A DNA stretch of 64,000 bases from Candidatus Binatia bacterium (GTDB taxonomy: Bacteria > Desulfobacterota > Binatia > UBA9968), in contig JBGPIK010000001.1 in NCBI GenBank assembly GCA_041484845.1, forward strand, positions 529 to 64,528, read 5' to 3'. Positions 57,966 to 64,000 of the stretch are shown here, piece by piece; the first letter of the stretch is position 1; each line of letters starts with the position of its first letter. The translations under genes were made by a program, and so were the position numbers. The notes below the pieces were generated by a model. That model saw only the letters and a program-made list of their open reading frames with translations. It was not told where the DNA came from and searched no databases.

Positions 57966-59105
57966 ATGACAAAGAAAACTTCGTTGGCGTTAGCCATCGC
58001 ATTTCTGGCTATCCCTGTCGCTCGGGGAACCGGAACAACGGCTGAAGGTACGCTTAAGAAAGCAGGGGAGAAGGCGCAGACGGTTGTGAAACAAGCCGCT
58101 CAGAAGTCCGGTCAAAACGAGACCGCCGCCGCCGAGGCCGCGTTTCAAAAGCTTGCCAAGGAGGTCTATCCAAAGGCTCAGAAGGAGGGCGCTTTAATCA
58201 TTTATTCAGTTTGGGACATAGATCACCTCCGCGCCATCACCGACGCATTTATGAAAAGGTACCCCGGGATCAAAGCTACCTACTGGCAGGGCAGAAATCC
58301 GGAAATCGTGACTCGTGTTTTGACAGAGTTTCAAGGTGGCCAAGCGAGCGTCGATATCATTCTTTCGGATAACGCGCCCCCTGTAGTGCGCGCCGCAGGT
58401 GCTATAGCCCCGTACGATACTGTCCAGAGAAATGTCCTGGTGATTCATGATCCAACGATGGCGACCGTCAGTTTGCAGATTCAAGCGCTGACCTACAACA
58501 CGAAGAAGCTCAAACCTGCCGATCTACCCAAGAGCTGGGAAGATGTCGCCAATCCGAAATACAAAGGGATGGTGGCGCTCGACGATCCGATGAGGGCGGG
58601 CCCGCTCAGCTCAATGTTAGCCGGCCTTCGGGATCAGTGGAAAGACGAAAGAAGGTTTAACAACTTCGTCAAAGGCCTAAAGGCCCTGAGCGTGCCGGTG
58701 CATCAAAGCACGAGCGCTATGTTCAGGCTGGTCATCTCCGGCGAGTATGCCATCGCAATGCCAGCGCTTCTTCACGATGTCATGGAGGAAAAGGAAAAGG
58801 GGACACCCATCGATTATGTGAAAACAGTTCCGCCGATCGTTTTCCCGCGTCAAGCCGCGATCTATGCAAAGGCACCCAATCCCAATGCAGCAAAGTTATT
58901 CGCTGAGTGGGCGATTTCACAGGAGGGGCAGAAGGTCATTGACTCCGTAGGGAGGGAGTCTTCGCGAAAAGATTTCAAATCGAAAACATCACTGGAGTCG
59001 GCATTCCCAAAAGGCACCAAAGCCGTTCCCGTCACCGACAAGGCATTCCTCGAGGATCCAAAGAAGTGGTTGGACACCCACGTGAAACCGATTTGGGAAG
59101 GATAG
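57966..59105 (+). CDS. ABC importer periplasmic substrate-binding protein (Fe3+/polyamine-type family 1)
   Basis: Signal peptide; SBP_bac_1/6-like core. Confidence 0.8.
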   Translation: MTKKTSLALAIAFLAIPVARGTGTTAEGTLKKAGEKAQTVVKQAAQKSGQNETAAAEAAFQKLAKEVYPKAQKEGALIIYSVWDIDHLRAITDAFMKRYPGIKATYWQGRNPEIVTRVLTEFQGGQASVDIILSDNAPPVVRAAGAIAPYDTVQRNVLVIHDPTMATVSLQIQALTYNTKKLKPADLPKSWEDVANPKYKGMVALDDPMRAGPLSSMLAGLRDQWKDERRFNNFVKGLKALSVPVHQSTSAMFRLVISGEYAIAMPALLHDVMEEKEKGTPIDYVKTVPPIVFPRQAAIYAKAPNPNAAKLFAEWAISQEGQKVIDSVGRESSRKDFKSKTSLESAFPKGTKAVPVTDKAFLEDPKKWLDTHVKPIWEG

Positions 59106-59484
59106 GGATCAGCGCGGCAAAAGCTTCCTAACGCACGATCGCAGGGTGGGGGCTTCGGAATGGTGCACAAGCTCTCCCGAAGTCATCCTCACCCTACGGT
59201 TCAGGCGAACGGCGACATTACTACTCGTGCAGTCTAATTCTTTTGTCGAGATTATTTCACGTTTGTTTTGGTCTAACTACGCCGTGACTTGTTCTGAATG
59301 GGCGCCAGCCAACCCGCAACAGTACATTAATCCACGCTGCAAGACGGGCATGGTTTACCGGCCTGTGGAAAATGCCGCTTTCCTGTGCTACGTTCCAAGC
59401 CGGCGAGCGGGCATTTGAATCCTTCGCCCGCAGCGACGCATAATTCAATCTTTTAGCTTGACGAGCTTACGCCACCCTTGTTAC

Positions 59485-59575
59485 GGAGAGATGGCCGAGT
59501 GGTCTAAGGCGCACGCCTGCTAAGCGTGTGTACCTCAAAAGGGTACCGAGGGTTCAAATCCCTCTCTCTCCGCCA
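59485..59575 (+). tRNA. tRNA-Ser (anticodon GCU), class II, encoded CCA
   Basis: Acceptor GGAGAGA/TCTCTCC, anticodon stem CACGC/GCGTG with loop CTGCTAA, T-arm GAGGG-TTCAAAT-CCCTC. Confidence 0.92.
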
Positions 59576-59966
59576 TTTCCCTTCGAAGTTTGGATCGTTT
59601 GCGCACTCTTTTATTACCTTTCATGGGTGCGTCACTCGGTACCTCTGCCGTGTAACATAATCCACTAAATACCCCGCCTCACTTCACCGGCCTGGTCCCT
59701 TTTCAGAGTTTTTCTTCTCCCCCCTCAGTGTTTTTCCAACCTATCTAAGGCTTTTACCTGATAGTCCAGCCTTCCCTCCGCCGTATTCTCCGCTTAAAAT
59801 GAGGGCTCGAAAAGTGACGTAGGTGACGTAGCCCAGGGAGTTTCACAGGAGAATATGAATACAACGATCGTGATCATCAATGGCTTCGATACGAAGAGGA
59901 GTGGCCTTAGATCGAGATCATCCTTATGACTGTTTACTCCGAGCCTGAATTGGCGGAGGGCGGCCT

Positions 59967-60503
59967 TTGAGAAGGGGGCCAACGGTTTGCGCCGGTCCGG
60001 ATAGGGTCGTTCTACTTGGGATTACACCCGAGGCACCGGAAGTGGAATACAGTTTGATTGAACCGGGCTCTCCCATCCATACCAGAAGCACTGGGACTCT
60101 CCACTGCGTGCACCGATTCTGGGAGAAGCCGGCATTCGCGCTTGCCCAGGCTCTCCTGGGACGGGGCTGCTTATGGAATAGTTTCGTGATGGCGGGGACG
60201 ACTGCGGGTTTTCTTCGGTTGATTCGTCAAGCCGCCCCGACATTATACTTTGCCTTCGATGAGATGCGAACCGTTCTCGGGACGCCGCAATACAAGGCTT
60301 CCATGGAAAATCTTTATCGCCAACTTCCCTCGCTGAATTTTTCCAAGGAGGTCCTTGTCCCGCGCGGTGCTGACTTAGCGCTGCTGCCAGTAAGCGGAGT
60401 GACGCGGAGCGACTTAGGAACACCTCATCGCGTAGTTCATTCCCTGGCACGATACAGGACACAGAACGAAGGAGTCCGGCTCGAGGGATTGACCAATGTA
60501 TGA
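59967..60503 (+). pseudogene. 5'-truncated sugar-phosphate nucleotidyltransferase (ManC-like) fragment
   Basis: VVLLGITPEAPEVEY..VHRFWEKPAFALAQALL..CLWNSFVMAG matches the middle and C-terminal part of mannose-1-P guanylyltransferases. The frame only opens at 59949, and the N-terminal GxGxR nucleotide-binding part is missing. Confidence 0.55.
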
Positions 60504-60697
60504 TCCGAAGAGGGATTAGAGATGACTCAGCGTTTCCTTTTTTGTCGCTGTTTTACATCAATGTCGATTTTTGTCCATTTTTGCTCAGTACGGCCCGGGA
60601 AAACCGTCTCTGCCGCCTATTATTACTCTTTGTTTACGAAATGTTAGGGCCAAACTGATAGCTGGCATGCTCATTGCCCGTTTAAGGATAGGCGCCG

Positions 60698-60894
60698 ATG
60701 GCGAGTAATCACAAGGAAGTTAAGTTTCTATCTCTGGAGCATCTGCAGAGATTCTTCAGGTATCCAAACGAACTGCGCATGGACTTATCAAAAGGAAGCA
60801 AATGCCAGAAATCAAGGTCGCCGGCCAGTGGCCCATTCGAGAGACCGAATTCAAAAAATGGGTTGACGAGAATGATAAGCTGGTATCGGACTGA
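60698..60894 (+). pseudogene. Excisionase-family HTH gene, apparently frameshifted near its 5' end
   Basis: Frame 1 gives [56 protein letters not shown] with no start codon (TAA just upstream). The only ATG (60698) is in another frame. Confidence 0.45.
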
Positions 60895-60997
60895 ATTCGA
60901 TCAAGCTGGAACTGATGCTCCGGCGTTGTCGCGGGGTAGAGTCTTGATCGCACAACTAAGAGCTCAAGCGGATTATCTCAGCAGGGCTTATGGGTTT

Positions 60998-63900
60998 ATG
61001 ACTCGACTATACCGCTCCAGTCTTCGCGCGCGTATCTTTCTTCTTGTTTTTCTCGCTCTGCTCCCTCCCTTCGCCTTGATTGTTTACAACGCCAGCGAAC
61101 AAACCCATACGGCCATTGCAGAGGCTGAAAAAACCGCGCTGCGACTTGTCCGGCTTACTGCTCAAAACCAGGAGCAATCGATCGCTAACACCCACGGACT
61201 CTTTATCCTCCTGTCTCGCTTACCTCATATTTTGCTCAATTCTGCAACTTGCAACAGCCTGTTCGCCGATTTTCCGCGACGATATCCGGACTTCACCAAC
61301 TTCGCGGTTATCACCCCAGAAGGTAACCTAACGTGTAGTTCCATTCCTGTCATCAAAGGAGTCAACTATGCTGACCGAGCTTGGTTCAAGAACGTGCTAA
61401 TGAGCCGAGCGTTCACGGCCAGCGATTATCTGGTCGGCAAGATTACCAAAAAACCTAGCGTTGCCTTTGCCTTCCCCGTGCTCGATGCCGCCGGGAACGT
61501 GGCAGCCGTGATCGCCGCTTCCACGCAACTGCAGTGGCTTACTCGTCTCAGCAAGGAAACACAGTTGCCGGAGGGCTCGACCATCACGGTATTCGATGGG
61601 AATGGCACGATATTAGCCCGAGAGCCGGATTCCGACAAATGGATCGGCACCTCCCTCCCGCAAGGGGGTAATGTTAAGGAGATACTGAGAGAGAAATCTG
61701 AGGGGACAGTCGAAGCCATTGGACTAGACAGGGTCACACGACTCTACGCATTCAAACGTCTGGGTGAACGCGACGGGATCAAGAGCTGGTATATCTCCAT
61801 CGGCATCCCCAAAGAGGCATACTATAGGTCCGCTCGGACCCTTTTGACGAAGAATCTCGCGTGGATGAGCCTCATTACGATTTTAGTTCTGGCGACGGCG
61901 TGGATAGGCGCCCATACGATGATTTTGCGGCGCATTCGCGCGCTTATCGCCGCCAGCAAAAAGTTGGGTAAAGGGGATCTTAATGTGCGCACGGAGCTGG
62001 GTCGTGAGGCGGACGAAATCGGCCAATTAGCCGATTCGTTCGATCAGATGGCCGAATCGCTCCAAGCACGAGAGGCGGCTAGGCAACAATCCGAACAAAT
62101 GCGCGCTCGTTTGGCAGCCATCGTGGAGTCCTCCAACGATGCCATCATCGGCAGAACGCCGGATGGGATTATTAGGAGTTGGAACAAGGGAGCGGAAGAA
62201 ATTTACGGCTACTCTGCCGACGAGGCGATAGGCCAACCCACGATCATGTTAATCCCTGCTGAACGAACGGGGGGCGTGCAGAAAAACTATGAAAGGATTC
62301 AACGGGGGGAACACATTGAGCCCTACGAGACGGTCCACGTGAGAAAAGACGGCAGGCGCATCGATGTTTCGGTCGCTGTGTCGCCCGTCAGAGACGAGAG
62401 CGGAAAGATAATCGGCTCGTCAGCGATTACGCGGGATATTACTGAGCACAAACGGGCAGAGAGGAAGTTCCGGTCACTGTTAGAGTCCGCTCCTGACGCC
62501 ATGGTGATTATCAACAAGGAGGGCAAGATCGTCCTGATCAATGCGCAGACGGAAAAACTTTTCGGCTACCAGCGCGAGGAGTTGTTAGGACAGTTGGTAG
62601 AGGTCTTGGTGCCGGCGCGCTTCCAAGATAAACATACGGGTCACCGCAGCCGTTGCCTCGGTGATGACAAGGTTCGATCCATGGCTTCAGGCCTGGATCT
62701 TTACGGCCGGCGAAAAGACGGCAGTGAGTTCCCGGTGGAGATAAGCCTAAGCCCTCTCGAAATTGACGCGGGCATTCTGATCGCAAGTGCTATCCGCGAT
62801 ATCAGTGAACGCAAGCGGGTAGAGGACAGACTAAAAGCCCTGTATGACATCAACCTGGCGATGACCTCGACTTTGGATCTCTCGGCGGTTTTGCAAATTT
62901 TGCTCGAAAAGATCGATATTCTCCTACCGTATGCAGCGGCCCATATCAGGCTATTCAACTCTACTGGGAGATTGGAGAAGTTGGTCTGTCGCAACATTGA
63001 CGAAGCGCGATGGAGAGCCGCACCCGATACAATCAACACTTCGATTTACCGGATGATCCTGGAATCCGAGAAGCCCCTAGTCATTTGCGATATCCAGCAA
63101 GACGAACGCTTTTCGCGCAAGGATTTTTACGGCCAACAAGGAATGGTGTCTTATCTTGGAATGCCGCTGATCTCCAGGGGAAAAGTTATCGGAGTACTTT
63201 CCCTGTTTACTAAGGAGAAACATCAGGCTACGAATGAGGAGATTACGTTTGTTGAGACCTTAGCCGAGCAAGCAAGCATCGTCATTCATAACTCCCAGCT
63301 TTACGAGCAGATCAAATCGAAGTCGCAGAATCTCCTGGATAGTGAACAGCAGATCCGGGCACTGGCGAGCGGCCTGATTTACGCCCAGGATGAAGAAGCC
63401 AAACGGATCGCCCGTGTGCTCCACGACGAATCGGGGCAGTTGCTGGCCGCTGTCTATATCACCGTGGATCAGATCGCCAAGCGGCTACCGGCGCCAGCCA
63501 CAGCGCAACTTGAAAAAGTTAAAAGACTTCTGGATCAAGTGGAAGATCGGCTACGTGATCTCTCTCACGAGCTGCACTCGACAATCCTCGACGATCTCGG
63601 CCTTTTGCCCAGCCTCGTGTTCCTGACGCGGCAGATCTCGAAACGAACCGGTATCAAGATCAAACTCGAGGGATCCATCGACAAGCGTCTTTCACCCTTA
63701 TTGGAGTTATCACTCTACCGCTGCTTCCAGCAGGCCTTGAACAACATAGTGCGACACGCCCATGCCACCAAGGTTCGCATTCGAATGCTGGAAAACGAAA
63801 ACCTAATTCAGTGCTCCATCCAGGATTATGGCGTCGGCTTTGACGTTAGAGCAGTTTTAAAGAGAGCGGGAAAGCGCGGAGCGGGTTTGGGTTTAAGCGG

Positions 63901-64000
63901 AATGCGGGAGCGCGTGGAGGCCATAGACGGGACACTTCAAATTCTATCGGTGCCGGGAAGCGGCACCGAGCTGCTTATTACAATTCCACAGGAGAAAATA
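60998..64000 (+). CDS. Multidomain sensor histidine kinase (TM, Cache-like, TM, HAMP, PAS, PAS, GAF, HisKA_3, HATPase_c); 3' end runs off the window; absent from the ORF track
   Basis: Frame 2 is open from 60698 to 64000. The ATG at 60998 gives [34 protein letters not shown] ([28 protein letters not shown]), two PAS (SNDAIIG..; APDAMVII..), GAF, H-box [14 protein letters not shown], and [20 protein letters not shown]. Confidence 0.85.
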   Translation, partial: MTRLYRSSLRARIFLLVFLALLPPFALIVYNASEQTHTAIAEAEKTALRLVRLTAQNQEQSIANTHGLFILLSRLPHILLNSATCNSLFADFPRRYPDFTNFAVITPEGNLTCSSIPVIKGVNYADRAWFKNVLMSRAFTASDYLVGKITKKPSVAFAFPVLDAAGNVAAVIAASTQLQWLTRLSKETQLPEGSTITVFDGNGTILAREPDSDKWIGTSLPQGGNVKEILREKSEGTVEAIGLDRVTRLYAFKRLGERDGIKSWYISIGIPKEAYYRSARTLLTKNLAWMSLITILVLATAWIGAHTMILRRIRALIAASKKLGKGDLNVRTELGREADEIGQLADSFDQMAESLQAREAARQQSEQMRARLAAIVESSNDAIIGRTPDGIIRSWNKGAEEIYGYSADEAIGQPTIMLIPAERTGGVQKNYERIQRGEHIEPYETVHVRKDGRRIDVSVAVSPVRDESGKIIGSSAITRDITEHKRAERKFRSLLESAPDAMVIINKEGKIVLINAQTEKLFGYQREELLGQLVEVLVPARFQDKHTGHRSRCLGDDKVRSMASGLDLYGRRKDGSEFPVEISLSPLEIDAGILIASAIRDISERKRVEDRLKALYDINLAMTSTLDLSAVLQILLEKIDILLPYAAAHIRLFNSTGRLEKLVCRNIDEARWRAAPDTINTSIYRMILESEKPLVICDIQQDERFSRKDFYGQQGMVSYLGMPLISRGKVIGVLSLFTKEKHQATNEEITFVETLAEQASIVIHNSQLYEQIKSKSQNLLDSEQQIRALASGLIYAQDEEAKRIARVLHDESGQLLAAVYITVDQIAKRLPAPATAQLEKVKRLLDQVEDRLRDLSHELHSTILDDLGLLPSLVFLTRQISKRTGIKIKLEGSIDKRLSPLLELSLYRCFQQALNNIVRHAHATKVRIRMLENENLIQCSIQDYGVGFDVRAVLKRAGKRGAGLGLSGMRERVEAIDGTLQILSVPGSGTELLITIPQEKI

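Noticed and set aside
59855-59930. Short ORF MNTTIVIINGFDTKRSGL.. as the displaced N-terminus of the ManC-like gene
   Set aside because: Its resemblance to the GxGxRL nucleotide-binding start is too weak to support.
60698-60997. A 100-codon N-terminal extension of the sensor kinase starting at ATG 60698
   Set aside because: The extension has no kinase-like features and overlaps a much better HTH reading frame. The ATG at 60998 gives a normal charged-then-hydrophobic membrane-anchor N-terminus.

Overview
The window reads as the chromosome of a diderm, sigma-54-using bacterium; I cannot assign a phylum from sequence alone.

Layout:
- 1-5900: a decaying accessory patch. It holds an ISAzo13-type IS end inserted into a DNA methyltransferase, then an ATPase+HNH (Septu-like) pair broken by an in-frame TGA and by a 227-bp MITE-like insertion. 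VapBC, a GC-rich SAM-methyltransferase and a RAYT/IS200-like remnant follow.
- 5900-11900: signalling genes (degenerate GGDEF-EAL, histidine kinase, receiver-GGDEF).
- 12250-20700: a complete Flp/Tad pilus operon behind a sigma-54-type promoter.
- 21100-24750: a triad of a GT-C glycosyltransferase, a prenyltransferase-repeat protein and DUF362.
- 24800-33400 (minus strand): an uncharacterised sigma-54 block. It encodes a MshEN-AAA+ ATPase, a sigma-54 enhancer-binding protein (EBP) and a secreted retropepsin, followed by a sigma-54 promoter and five poorly understood genes.
- 33500-41450: housekeeping genes (SPOR lipoprotein, gatCAB, rnhB, yraN, serS).
- 41647-50332: an ~8.7-kb integrase/primase/small-terminase element resembling a phage satellite, inserted in tRNA-Ser(UGA). 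It is bounded by 39-bp perfect repeats that duplicate the 5' half of the tRNA.
- 50700-59600: a coiled-coil protein, gene fragments, BrnTA, a beta-CASP MBL hydrolase, an ABC importer and tRNA-Ser(GCU).
- 59900-64000: a truncated nucleotidyltransferase, a frameshifted HTH, and a >1000-aa sensor kinase that runs off the window and is missing from the ORF track.

I found no CRISPR array, rRNA or reverse transcriptase. All family assignments rest on motif recognition by eye; no database search was run.
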